Below, one piece after another: positions 25,422-39,271 of a DNA stretch of 64,000 nucleotides (positions are counted from its first letter, which is position 1; each line of letters opens with the position of its first letter). The DNA lies in NCBI GenBank assembly GCA_964016885.1, contig OZ024742.1:362762001-362826000 (forward strand), written 5' to 3'. The notes beneath the pieces were generated by a model, which did no database searches, was not told the DNA's origin, and saw only the letters and a list, made by a program, of their open reading frames with translations. The translations under genes and the position numbers were made by a program. Source of the stretch: Eledone cirrhosa (lineage: Eukaryota).

Positions 25422-26079
25422 GTGTGTGTGAGTGCTTACGTGTGTGAATGTTTGTCTGTATGTGTGTGCGTGTTTATGTGTCTGTGTGTTTGTTTTGTTT
25501 GCATGTGTGTGTATGTGTGTGTATGTAATTATACACACAAACACGCTCACACATGTATATAAAGGAGTCGTTTATGAAGTAGTACGACTTGAGTTTCAAA
25601 TATGTTCTGCTCCGAGCAAAACTATAAGCAAGGATAAATTTAACGATAAGTATTAACACATTGTTTTGTAATATAAACCTTGGAAACAGAAAAGACTGGA
25701 AACAATTATCTGATCTGAAGGAATATATGTAAGTATGTGTGTGTGTGTGTACATGTATATATATATATACACACACACATATATATAATAATTATGTCCT
25801 GTTGCTAAAACAGCGCTATATTAGGTATATAGTTTCCTTAGCTTTGATGACCACCTTGTTCAACCTTTGCCAATGAAAATAAACCGGAAAATGCTCGAAA
25901 TGGAAATACATAAATACATATATTATAGATATATTATAGAAATTTAATTAGAAGCTCAATGCACATATTTTTTACTATGAAAATAGTCTACGAAATTGGG
26001 CATAAAATCCCCAGGGAACGGGAAAAGTGTAATATCTGCATACACCAACCCCCATATATATATATATATATATATATGA

Positions 26080-26820
26080 AGCTATTGCGTTGTAAATGTC
26101 TGAAATGGTTAACATATTTTACAGTTTTATTAGTGGATTGTACATTGAACATCCTCAATAGTTGTGCTCTTTCTGGCTCTGTGCCACCTATTTCTGAAGA
26201 TTTCTACTGAGCCAGCTAGTAGCATATACACTTGCTCCAATCATCAAAAGTACAAACCTAAATGTATAATCAGCGTTGAGTATCTGCAGAGTTCTCATCT
26301 GTGCAACTGATTTCCACATGAACTTTTGCGCATGTCTTCTGCTCCCTGTACTATATCACTATGTCTGGTCTATTATGTTTGCATCATATTTGAGTTTTGA
26401 TTGGAACATTCCACCAGTACTATCTCATATTGTGCCTGCGATGTCCTCTACATCACTGTAACATTGTGGGTCACATATATTCGGCGCAGAGAGTTTCGAA
26501 GAACATATTTTACTTAACCGTGTTTTATGTGCCCTGGTTACCTTGATTCAAATTCCATCATAGGATATATTTTCCTCTATAGTTAAGTATCTGTAGCAGT
26601 CCTCGTCAGATACTTGGCCAATGATAGATATGTTGTTAGTTTCTGATTTTTGAACGCTTTACAGTCACAACATTTCTCCTCACCAAACTCCATTCTCATT
26701 TCTAGAATGTCATAACGAGGCCAAGGTTTTTCTTCATACCATTTATATTCTTGGAATACACTTACAGATCGTCTACAAAGAAGCTACGTGCAAGGTTAGA
26801 ATTTCTGGCCTCCTGTGAAC
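26080..26820 (-). pseudogene. older degenerate R4-like RT fragment
   Basis: Reverse strand gives FFVDDL*VYSKNINGMKK and MEFGEEKC, paralleling FFVDDLKLY..MKFGESKC of the adjacent element. Confidence 0.6.
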
Positions 26821-26926
26821 CAATCATGTATGTATGTATGTATGTTATCTCTTTCTCTTAATTTCGAGTATATTTTTTTGGACCGGCCACCTTCCTGGTG
26901 ACAAGGTTGTAAAAGAAAAGAAATTA

Positions 26927-27277
26927 TCATCCTTTGAATCGAAAGAATGTTTTGCAAATTTTGAAGGTGCCAGCTATCGCAGCCATTTGTAGACTATGAA
27001 TTAGGGAGCTGCGCTTTTTGTCCGCAAATCCAAGTTCAGTCATACTTTGGTCCAAGCGGGTTGGTATATAACCTGTAGCTCCAATAATGATGGGTATGAA
27101 GCTAAAGGTGTATCTTAAATACTGGATTTGTAAACTCCTCATCAATGGTCCGTAGATGTCCTCTTTATCCTCTATTTTTCTGACAACGTTTACATTAAGT
27201 GGGCAGCTGATCTCTACAACAGAACACGTTTTAAATGTGTGGTCCCAAACAACAATATCAGGCCGGTTGTGCTTCAA
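26927..27277 (-). pseudogene. R4-clade restriction-like endonuclease
   Basis: HNRPDIVVWD..C.VVEISCP..K..K..Y..L..IPIIIGATG (PD-(D/E)xK). Confidence 0.85.
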
Positions 27278-27304
27278 TTTGGTGGCAGGTTTTGTTTTCG
27301 GGTT

Positions 27305-29677
27305 CTACCAGTATTCCTTAGTGCCATCTGTCTCAATACATTCTTCCTCGTTTGTTGTTAATTTTGTTTTCCGAAGTGCGTTCCAGATGGTTCTAGCTAT
27401 CCCATCGTGTCTCATGGGGAGGTAGTAGCGAGATGACATTATTTCGCAGCTGGCAACAATGTGGCTTACATCCTCGATCTTTGTTTTACATAGCCTACAT
27501 TTATTGTCAGCTGTTGGCCCTCCTCTTTTGTGCAGCAGATATTTGGTAGGGAGTTCTTGTTCCAGTATTGCATAGCGATATCCCTCAAGGTGTGATATCA
27601 TAAACTTGTCGGAACTCCATGCCAGGCCTTTTGAGTGGTTTATACCCTCTATGGTCTGTGTTTTACGTCTCAAGTATCCATGCACAACTTTTTCTGTAAA
27701 TTGGTCAATTTTTTTATCTTGTTTGAACATTGAATAGGATCTTCCGATTTCTCTGGGTGAGAGATTTATATCAGGCTTTATTCCATATCCCTCCTCCAGA
27801 TCAGTCGCTATTCTAATGATATTTTTTCGTTCATGCTCATAAACCTGGGCAAGATGGTTGCCAACCTTTTTCCTCTGTTGAAGGTGTTGCTTCAGTATTA
27901 CTATCCGGGTCTCATATATTGTTAATATTGATTTTAGACCCTGGCCACCTTCCTTGCGTGTGCGTGAGAAGTATAGCATATCCACATCACCATTGATGTT
28001 AAAGTTCCCAGTAACACTGAGAAGTTTGCGAGTTCTAACATCCAACTCACTTAGTTGTTGCAATGACCAGTTCAGCAGGCCAAATGTTGGCGTTTGAATT
28101 GGCACAGCATAAGTATTGGGGGCAACGTATTTGTTGTATGCTGACAGTTCTGATGACCATATTTTCTTTACTCTTCTGAGGTATTCAGTTCTGGTTCTCT
28201 CCTCATTTATGGGTCCATCATATCTGACATTCTTATCCTGTCCAAGATATCTGTTGTTGTCACCTGACTGTAGAGGTTGTATTGTCAGGCCGTTTATCTC
28301 TAGATTTCTAGAGGAGGGCACAGCTCTTCCACGTTTTACTGCCAAATATGCACACTTGGACTCACCAAATTTCATTTTGATGTCGGTTGAAAATTGTGTA
28401 ATGAGGTCCAATTGTTTCTTGATGTCATTGATATTTGGCCCATACAACTTCAGGTCATCAACAAAGAAATGATGGGAGATACTTCTGGACCCACTTCTTT
28501 GTCCACCTTGTTTCCTGAGTAGGTAAGATAGTGGATTCAGTGAGAGAACGAAGAGTAGCACTGACAAGCTATCACCCTGAAAGATGCCCTTCTGGTAATG
28601 TATCTTATCAGTCTTAACTTGCTCCTTCTCACCTCTAAGGATCAAATTGGTGTACCAGTTCTTGGTCAGGCGTTCAACAGCAGCTACCAATGGTTGTGGG
28701 ACTTTGGCTAACTGTAAAGCCTTAATAATCCACCCATGAGGTACACTATCAAATGCTTTTTGATAGTCCAGCCACACCACAGTCATGTTTCTGCGATTCT
28801 TTGTTGTTTTTTCCTGAATCATTTTGTTAGTTAGTAGGTGATCTATGCAACCCCATACATCCCTCTTTCCACCAGCTTGCTCAAGTGTTATGATGTTGTT
28901 GGTAGCACAGTGATCCTGTAAGAACAGATTAAGGCACCCAGTATATAATTTATACATGATGTTTTGGCAGGCTATTGGGCAGTAACTTTTAGCAAGGGTG
29001 GTTTGGCTATTTTGGGGAATGAGGAGAGTAGTGGCAGTTGATAACCATCTGGGCAGTTCTTGTGTGCCTTTAATGGTTTCTGTAAACAGCCGTATGAGAT
29101 CTTGCCGATAGAAAGTGAAATTCTTCAACCAGTATCCTGTAATGAGGTCTGGGCCTGGCGATTTCCTATTCGACATTTTCTGTAGAGCTGTTTCCAGTAT
29201 TGACCCATCTATGTCATATTGTTTTGTCTGGATATGTTGGCAGTAGTCCTGTTCCAGTTCTTTTAGCCAATTAGTTTGTCTGTTGAATCCGTCACCCGTT
29301 TCCCATACAGATCTCCAGTAGCTCTCAACCTGTTCTTTTGAAGGGGTGTCATTTACAGGGATTGAGCTTTTGCCACCGAAGCTGCAATAAACTGATTTAG
29401 GATCTCTAGCAAACAATGTATTTAGCACTTGTCGTTTATGTGCTGTTGACTTATATTTTAGTCTTTCTGTTGTAGCTGTGAGTTGTTGTTTCAACTGGTG
29501 TAATTTGGAGTTCAAAATTTTAAATTTTGTATCTCCAAATCGTCTCTCTAACTTTTTTCTTTTAGGTCTTCCTGGTGTCGTGTGAAGTTGGTCTCTATTT
29601 TGCATTTCATAACGACTGCGATTTGTGAGATACTTCGTCTCAGGGACAAAAGTTTGCTTTTTAAATTTCGCATCCAC
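27305..29677 (-). pseudogene. R4-clade reverse transcriptase and zinc knuckle
   Basis: KSPGPD, PIAC, WLDYQKAFDSVPH, GIFQGDSLS, FVDDLKLY, YLG, CRLC..E...HI...C, YYLPMRHD. Confidence 0.9.
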
Positions 29678-31278
29678 GCTGGTTCAGGCTTTCTGTTTGT
29701 ATCTTGATTGCCTGGTTTTAGATGTGTGTTATATGATAGCAATGTGACAGCTGAAACATATCACAAAATATTAAGCGTTTCATGTCGTTTCAGATAATTG
29801 CGTTTCAGATAACAGCCTTCAGATAATTGCCAGCTATTTCGTTCACCGCTTCCAATTCCAATTTAGTAGGTTCTTTACTGATTCTGGTGTTGTATGGTCT
29901 GTCACTCACATTAAAGCTGTGTATATTTTGAAACATATCGTTCCATATCACTTGTAAGGTGTCCACAAGTTTTTGGTGTTCTGTTTGTTCAGTAGAGTTA
30001 TGAAGTTCAGCCTCGTTGTTGATGTGGTGACAATTACTACTAGAGTTAGCTGACCTTTCTCGCTGTTCTTCAGTGGAAGTGGGATGGATTTCAGCAAAAT
30101 TGTTGGTGAGCTGTTCACTGTTAGATTTAGCTTGCCATTCTCTTTGTCTGTCAGTGGAGGTGGGGTGGTTGTCTACAAGGGCTGTATGTGTAACATCACT
30201 CAATTCCGTTAGATGTATCAATTTACATCTAATGATACGTTTTGCCTGTTCATTTAAATGCTTTGGAGAAAAGTCTAATTCTGGGTGTTTGGAGTTCCAT
30301 AAAGTTTTTAGCCTTTGCATAAAACCTAACTTTTGGGATTCAGATTGTTTGTATGCTTCATATAATTCTTTGTTAAGCTCATAGCTCCACTGTGTACAAC
30401 GGTTGTAGTTGCGATTTGGTCGAAGGAGACTTGTACTTTTTGCCATGATGAGTTCGTCTATTCACTAATATTTCGTATTTATTTTTCAATATAGTCGATG
30501 ATCATCTTTAAAAGTTTCGACAAAGTTCTGTCAGAATCAAATTTAAAGTTATTCACAGCTTGGGTAATATTTCTTTTCAGTTAGTTTTTAATTCTACAAC
30601 TGTGTTTTAAACGTTGTTCTTGAATCGTTTGAATCGAGAACAAAAAGAACCGTTACTTAGAATATTTCGTTATGAATGTAATATAATATAACAACGCTGT
30701 ATTTATATGTTAAAGTTTATGTATCATTCATATAAATAGGTGTTCTACAACTTATTCACAACATATTCACAGTTCAAACACTTATGTTTTTGTTTCTGAA
30801 TCGAAAACGTTACTTGTATATTTCTTTATAAATGTAATATAACTGTTTCTACGTTAGGCACAAGGCCAACAATTACCCAGTGTATTACTGGTACTTTATT
30901 TTATCGACCCCGTAAGGATGAAAGGCAAAGTTAACCTCGGCGGGATTTGAACTCATAAATGTAATATAACAACGTTGCGTTTATATGTTAAAGTGTATGT
31001 ATCGTTCATATATCATAAGTGTATGTATCGTTCATATAAATAGGTGTTTTACAACACACTTACAGTTCAAACACTTATGTAGAATTATTGTATGTAATCT
31101 TACCGCGTAATGTAGCTCAACTCTTTCCAATATATGGTATGTTGTCTTCATGTAAGCCGTAATTACACACGTCCGATGATCGGACACTGACCACAACGGT
31201 TGCCATTATGTATGTATGTATGTATGTATGTATGTATGTATGTATGTATGTATGTATGTATGTATGTATGTATGTATG

Positions 31279-32947
31279 TCAGGTCACCAGTTGGTGCTAC
31301 TGGTAACATGTATCCCAGTACAACCTGTTCCATGGTCGGGTCGTTGGCGACTAAACTGGCAACCCCACTAAGGTTTCTTAGTGAGGAGGGTGACTTTGGA
31401 CATCCTGCAGGACTAAAAACAAAACCTGTCAAAGGGCAAAAGAGCTCTAAAGAGTCAATGGCCATCCAAAATCACCGGGAGAGATGACCCCTTAGCCTTT
31501 GTCAAGGCAGAATTCTAGGAGAAGGAAAACTCTGATATAACATCTGCAACCCTGATGGTATCCAATGATGTTGACTTGTTCTTCTTTTTGGTAAATATCA
31601 TCTTGGTTAAGAGAGTGGGACTGGGTTCGTGCAGTGCCTTTGCTCACTATAAAAGCTTCACGGCACAGGCATTGCTTTGTATCTGGAGATCTCTCTGCAC
31701 TTGTCATCACATGGTACCATGGGTCCAGCACTATGTGTCAATAATTGTCACAAGTGTAGTATTTGTACCAAACTTTTCAAGTCGCTGGCTGGACTAAAAA
31801 GTCGCACTCGTTCAGCGCATCGGTAGGGGTTCTCCTACATGGATATAAAGTAGTGGCCGTACTCGAAAACGAGTTGGCAGCCACCATGTATGTATGTACG
31901 TGTGTATGTCGGGTCACTCTTGAGTGCTACTAGTAACATGTAACTCAGTACAACCTGTCGCATGGTCGGGTCGTCGGCGACTAAACCGGCAAAAAACCAA
32001 GTATACTTGGTGATTTTGGACACCCTGCAGGACAAAAACAAAACAAAACCTGACAAAGGGCGGAAGAACACATAAGAGTCAACGGCCATCCGAAAGTGTG
32101 TAAATATGTATATACGCATGTACCGCGCGGTTAAACCACTGGAAGTGAAGGACCCCAAGCCTTTGTCAAGGCATTCTTCTAGGAGAAGGCAACTCAGGAA
32201 ACTGGGTTAACTCCGATAAAAAACCTGCGGCTCAGTAGTTACCGATGATGTTGATATTTTCTTCTTTTCGGGTTATAGCTGCTGTCGCTCGGGGAGTGGG
32301 ATTGGCTCAGTGCACAGTCTTTCTTCACTTTAAAAAATATCTTCACGCACAGGCATTGCATGATAGCATTAATTGATAATTATTAATAATGTAATATCGT
32401 GCAATGGCCGTACTCGATAATGAGAGGGCAGCCATCATCATGTATGTATGTATGTATGTATGTATGTATGTATGTATGTATGTATGTATGTATGTATCTA
32501 TGTATGCTCTTAAGAGTCAATGGCCATTCAAAATCACCGGGAGAGATGACCCCTTAGCCTTTGTCAAGGCAGAATTCTAGGAGAAGGAAAACTCTGATAT
32601 AACACCTGCAACCCTGATGGTATCCAATGATGTTGACTTGTTCTTCTTTTTGGTAAATATAATCTTGGTTAAGAGAGTGGGACTGGCTTTGTGCAGTACC
32701 TTTGCTCACTATAAAAGCTTCACGGCACAGGCATTGCTTTATATCTGGAGATCTCTCTGCACTTATCATCACATGGTACCATGGGCCCAGCACTATGTGT
32801 CAGTAATTGTCACAAGTGTAGTGTTTGTACCAGAGTTTTCATGTCGCAGGCTGGACTAAAAAGTCACACTCGTTCAGCGCATCGGTAGGGGTTCTCCTAC
32901 ATGGATATAAAGTAGTGGCCGTACTCGAAAACGAGTTGGCAGCCACC
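31279..32947 (+). mobile_element. three tandem non-coding SINE-like modules separated by (TATG)n
   Basis: A 31279-31885, B 31909-32439, C 32506-32947 (5'-truncated copy of A). All share CTAGGAGAAGG(A/C)AA and a terminal hairpin TGGCCGTACTCG..GAG..GGCAGCCA. Confidence 0.7.
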
Positions 32948-33920
32948 ATATATCTAAGTATGTATGTATGTTTCTAAGTATATTTGTAACTATGTATGTG
33001 TATGTATATGTACGTAACCACTTTATATATGTATAAAATATCACTTGTTTCTCCTACTTTCACTAATTCAGGGAAGCAATACATTTTTACTTATTTCAGT
33101 AATTAGTACAGACATTAGTACTTATGTATTTCAAACGTTAAGCCGTTATTTCGCCAAAAATATATATTTAAATATGAATTATGATTTTCAAGAAAATTTT
33201 ATTTGACATTTGTTTTAGCATTCATGTTTGTACTATTCTTCTTTATATCTTCCTTTATATGAAGTCACGTAGCTTAGTGATTAATGTGTTCAGGTGTTAA
33301 AGTTGGTTGGTTCTTGAGGGAACGCCGTGTCATTCCCCAAAGTACATTCTTTTACAATATCCTTGTCGACTCAGCTGGAGGTCATATATTGCTCAAGATA
33401 TTTTAAAGACCAGCCTTATAACACGTTGTATGACATCGTATTCTCCTCAGAACGATTAAAGTTATCCATATCTGTTAATATCTGGATTGGGTCATTTCGG
33501 TAGACCAGCTACTGCGACACCGTTAGAATTGAGGAGCGTCCATCAATACCTTCATATAATCTAACATAAAAAATAGTTACACATCCAACTCATACTCCAC
33601 CTCGTGTAACCAACCAGGCATCACTAAACGTACTAAAATAAAGGTTTTTTAAACACCTAATGAAAATTCCAGCTTCACATTCAAATAATTTCAGTAGTTT
33701 CTTGTATTTTATTTTGTGTAACCTTTCTATATAAGATTATATAAAGAGGGAATCCCTCTTCTAACTTTTACTAATGTCTGAGAATCAGCGAAATAAATCT
33801 CAGAATAACGTTGAGTAAAATTTTCAGCAATGAATAGGAACCAACTGTACATTTCCTATTGAGTACAATTTTGTAGAATTCCTTTTCCCAAAATATTTTG
33901 TGTTAAACCATACGCACACA

Positions 33921-34049
<129 letters not shown>

Positions 34050-34089
34050 GCATTGTGTGGCACTTTGATCGGATATAAGTTGGCAATGT

Positions 34090-34290
34090 CTCCATTTAAT
34101 TCCTAAGGACAGCAAGACAAGCAAATACCGGGGCTTGTCTGGCCGTTTTCTCTTCCTATCCATCACTGTCGAGATCTCAGAATTCCTCAGACCCTAGACA
34201 GCAGAGCTCAACAGCCTGTCTGAGAAAGGAGCCTTGTGGGTAATTTGGGGCATTGTCCGCGGAAATGACATTTCAGTTTTGTCTGTGAAG
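34090..34290 (+). pseudogene. CRE-clade retrotransposon C-terminal remnant
   Basis: KTSKYRGLSGRFLFLSITVE and IVRGNDISV resemble K..KY..L...F.P.AVET / QRGNA.SV. Confidence 0.5.
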
Positions 34291-37200
34291 CACAACCGAA
34301 ACATCGTCCCAGCCCAGGAGTAGAGACTCTCACCCCTTCGACTCTCCTTCTTCCGTTGCATAATAGTCCTTGCTCTTTACCTCCTTTTCTCCTTTTTATG
34401 GCATTTAAATTCCTTTCCTTTCCTAAACAGCCAGATCCGCCTTTCTATATCCCTCCCACGTTTTCGATACTTAATTTTGTTTTTATCTTTCTTTAATATT
34501 TCCATCACTTTGTAAGTTTGGTTTGTAAAATCTAGTTGACATAAAATCGAGAGAATAAATTGGATAATTTAGACGTGGATACATTATCCCGATTAAGCTC
34601 ACACATTTATTGGCCGAATAACAGCTAGAAAACCTTTGATCATATATGTTTTTGATCAAGGTTGATCCTGGATTACAAAACAACAACAACAACAACCACA
34701 CGAAATTGAGACTAACAATATGTGACTCCCATCACCCACACACTAGTGAATATTTTATGGGGAAAGGAGATGGAAGAATGAGGCTTATTGAAATATTTTA
34801 AATTTAGTTCAATTTATAATGGACCCGTTACATTTTAAATTCAATTTTTCTATTAACAACAATCGGAGATACCCTTAAGTTGTTCATCAGAGAACTTTTA
34901 TTATTAATTAAAACTGTAAAACTGTTTACGCGGAAACCAAGGAAAATAACTAACAAAAATATTACAGAAATACATATAAAAAATAGAAATAAAATATATC
35001 TCTGTTTCTAAAATAATTTTCAATTAAATGAAATATCATTATCAATTAAATATTAAAGCCAAAGAATAAAAACATAAAAAACAAAATGTCAATAACACTG
35101 AATAAAATCTTTGAATATATATAGAATGGCAAAGTATGGTTGAGGAAATTACATGAATACTCATTTTTATGTTGAACTGAGCAAACAACTGATTACCACA
35201 AAGAAATGTCTGGTTTGCCTTATTTATGACACGTGAGGACAGAACCAGTAGAGCGTCACATACAAATATGGTGTCTATTTTGTGCTAGTTCGTTATGTTC
35301 TGAGTTCAAACAATATCCAGGTGAAATTTGTCTTTCATCATTTCCGTATCGATAAAATAAATTACCAATCAAGCATTGCGATCGATATCTTCGGCCTTCC
35401 CTTCCCACCAAATATGGGACATTGTGTTTAAATTACAAACCATTATTTATCACATACAAATGTTGTGGAGAGGGGGAGGGGGTGATCCTTAAAACGTCGG
35501 AGAAAATTCCGTGTGATATTCGTTTCTCATTTTTAATCGTTGTAGGGTCGCTCAGAGCACCAGGAAATTGAGTTTTCCCCGCCCCCAACTCCAAATTGTT
35601 TGCCTTGTGTCTTAATTAAAACCATCATTTGTTACCATGCACCCGTGCCTTATCCAATGTTAAAACATGGCAGAATATTGTCAGTTGATTTGAAACAGTA
35701 ACACTATAAGACCGCAAGTAGTGAACTACGCCATCCACTATAACTACTCTAAAAGCCCATTACACACTAATATATATTTAATAAATGTATATATGTGATA
35801 TATATATATGTAATATATATATTAGGTATATTCTAACATGTTGTAATATATGTCACACATCTTGTGATATGTTTATCTACTAAAATGGCTATAAACCTCA
35901 TGTATCTTTAAGAAATATGAAATGAATTATCCACAAATACAATTCCCATTTCATTATTCTTGCAAGTAATTTAAAAGTCAATTTGTTTTTTTCCCGCCAC
36001 TATCTTAATTTAATTATCCAACCCAAATTGATTTCTTAATCAACTTCACTTCATCGAAATCTATTTGATCTTAATGTGGATTTCTAGCTGACATTATTTT
36101 ATTTTCTTTCATATAGAGTTACGGCCCTTGCCATTCTGAGTTCAAATCCCGCCGAGGTTAACTTTGTCTTTCACCCTTACGGGGTCGATAAAATAAAGTA
36201 CCAGTAATACACTGGGATAATTGCTGTCCTTGTGCCAAACGTAGAAACAATTATTTTATTTTATTTCATAAAGTCTTAACTTCCACTGAAACGTGTTGTT
36301 AAAGAAGGTTCAAACACAGATTAATTCAGATTAGATAAATAGAGCCAAAGGATTCATTGGTTAAACAATGATAAAGTTGTAAGCCAATCAGTGGTCAGTA
36401 AATAACTAGAGGGATTCGTTCATCATCTATCAATGTAGAATGAACTCGTTATTGAGTCATGGGGGTATTTAATCCAGTGGAGTCCATCCATCTTCTCCTT
36501 CTTCTTAGAGAGAGGGAGAGAGAGAGAGAGAGAGGCAGAGAGAGCGAGAATATAGAGAGGAGGGAGGGAGCTGATGGATGTGAGAGCGGGAAGATGAGAG
36601 AAAGGAATTAGTAGGAAAAAGATAAAAGGAGGCAGAGATGAGTATGAGATAGGTGAGAGAAAGAAATAGAGAAATAGCTATAAAGGAAGTATCGACAGAT
36701 CTCGTACGGCAGTGGAACTATATTTATTGACTTCGAATGATGCAAGGTAAAGTTGACTTCGGCGTGATTTGGGCTCAGTAAACTTAAAACTCTAAAAGAA
36801 ATACTGGAAACTTTCTATCATATGTTCTAACTAATCTGTCAATTGGAAGCCTTATATAGCTTCACGATCTAACAAATAATAAGAAGAAACGCTTTGGATG
36901 TTCTGGCATGAAAGACTCTGTATGCAGAGAGAAGGGGGAGAACCGTTGGAAACGACATAATAATATGTGTGTTGCTTAGTTTGTTCATAATGTTTAAAGT
37001 CAGAGACAAAAAGAAAAATAGATAAGAAGCCGATCAGATCAGGGTAGTATTGATTCCGTTGGTAATTCCATTGCTGATGCTACCGATAGGTCGTAATTAC
37101 AACGGGAAAATAAACATTTTGCCCAATATCGCAACACACCACCCGGTCTAGGAATTGAACCCACGACCATGCGGTTATGAGTCCACTAGCTCACGTGCCT

Positions 37201-37532
37201 TCTTAAAAGAAAGAAGCCGATCATAGTACTTTCATAAGTTGTGATTTAATTACGAAGCATAAATGCATTTAACTTAATTACAAATCACTCTGACGGTTCT
37301 ACCACTTCAGCGACGTACACAAGATATATAGGATGTTGAACTAAATTATTTACTTCCTTTACCTTAATGAAACGCCAGAAATAGCTTTCAGTGGTCATGT
37401 ACTGGAACTGGTACGGCGGGATTTTAAGTGAGTTTATTATAAACTTAAACTGTGGCGTTTTATATCACATCTTTTAAACTAACATGTCACATTAAATTCA
37501 AATGCAATAGACATACACTAATCATTGTCTTC

Positions 37533-37578
<46 letters not shown>

Positions 37579-38178
37579 TATATATATATACATATATATA
37601 TAAATATATACATATATATATATATACATATATATACACACACACACATATATATATATATACACACACACATATATATATATATACACACACACATATA
37701 TATATATATACACACACACACACATATATATATACACACATACATACACACACACACACATATATATATATATATTTAATTGTCGAATGACTCTTATGTA
37801 AAACCGCGTTTCATTGGTCAGATATCATGAATACTTGGCAGTGACACACCATTATAGAGTAATGGATGTCGAGGTTACATCAGGAAACTCTAAAATCCTA
37901 ATATTGATTTATAAATTAGGCAGAAAGCCAAACATTTACAGAGAAGGCGTATTGTCGCTAGAATAGACTCAAGTACATTATCGGGGGAGGCTAATTATCA
38001 GAGTCGTTAGAAAATCCAATAGTATGATTTGTGGCATTAATTCCGCCTCTCTCTCTGTTCTCAATTCAAATCCCACCGAATTCAACTTTGTTTTCTCTTT
38101 GTTTTCGAGTTCGATTACTTCTGGTCTAGGGTCGATTCCTTCTCAATACGTTTTTATCTCTGTCTCCTTCTCTGGAAT

Positions 38179-38709
38179 GATTCGGTATTGTTCAGACCCG
38201 TTGCGGAATGGGCTCCGCTAGGTTTCCATGCCAGTATCCCACTATAGTGCCAAGGATTCGGTATTGTTCAGACCCGTTGCGGAATGGGCTCCGCTAGGTT
38301 TCCATGCCAGTATCCCACTATAGTGCCAAGGATTCGGTATTGTTCAGACCCGTTGCGGGATGGGCTCCGCTAGGTTTCCATGCCAGTATCCCACTATAGT
38401 GCCAAGGATTCGGTATTGTTCAGACCCGTTGCGGGATGGGCTCCGCTAGGTTTCCATGCCAGTATCCCACTATAGTGCCAAGGATTCGGTATTGTTCAGA
38501 CCCGTTGCGGGATGGGCTACGCTAGGTTTCCATGCCAGTATCCCACTATAGTGCCAAGGATTCGGTATTGTTCAGACTCGTTGCGGGATGGGCTCCACTA
38601 GGTTTCCATGCCAGTATCCCACTATAGTGCCAAGGATTCGGTTGTGTTCAGACTCGTCGCGGGATGGGCTCCACTAGGTTTCCATGCCAGTATCCCACTA
38701 TAGTGCCAA
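38179..38709. repeat. 76-bp minisatellite, 7 copies
   Basis: Unit GGATTCGGTATTGTTCAGACCCGTTGCGGGATGGGCTCCGCTAGGTTTCCATGCCAGTATCCCACTATAGTGCCAA, starting at 38254, 38330, 38406, 38482, 38558, 38634. Confidence 0.95.
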
Positions 38710-39271
38710 CAAGACTTCTTCAGAATTTACGTGTCCATATATACGAATTATTGTATTGTATTTTATTGTTTCGGCATAGATTATGGTACTACGTGGGACG
38801 GTGGTTAAGTTGTTCGACATACTCTTGCCAAATAGTGAGTTCGGTTCCCGGATCAAGCCTAGTATTGAGGCCTTAACAAGACACTTTACACTGTTGAAGT
38901 CAAACATATTTTCATGTTGCTCCAGTGAACAAAGTTGGACAAACATGTGGTGCATTGATGATTTAAAAATTAACCTTGTTATACACCGTGTCACGCTGAA
39001 TATAGTAGAGAATTGATTTAAAGATACTAGTGTCACTTGCATGTTAATTTCAGGATGAGGCTATTTCCTTTATTAAACAACTGCATCGCTCACCGTCGGA
39101 ACCAACGGAGGTCCAACATAAACACAAATGCACACATTAATACACAAAAGAACACACATCCAGTTCGGAGTCTTGTATTGTTAGTCGCTTAAAGGGAAAT
39201 CGGGATAAACACCGGCCTGGTGATCTCGAGACAGGAAACATTATATATATATATATATATATATATATAAT

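Larger units (their letters stand above)
26846..31207 (-). mobile_element. R4/Dong-clade non-LTR retrotransposon (RT + CCHC + restriction-like endonuclease), near full length, disrupted
   Basis: ORF pieces 29805-30446, 29548-29742, 27305-29677, 26927-27277. (ATGT)n on both sides. The 5' boundary is approximate. Confidence 0.8.

Noticed and set aside
32125-32195. Twister-like GGACCCCAAGCC motif
   Set aside because: The downstream P2/GAGGG pseudoknot partner is missing, so the fold cannot be completed.
38179-38709. CRISPR array or tRNA array (76-nt unit ending CCAA)
   Set aside because: There are no unique spacers and no cas genes, the context is eukaryotic, and there is no cloverleaf or A/B boxes.
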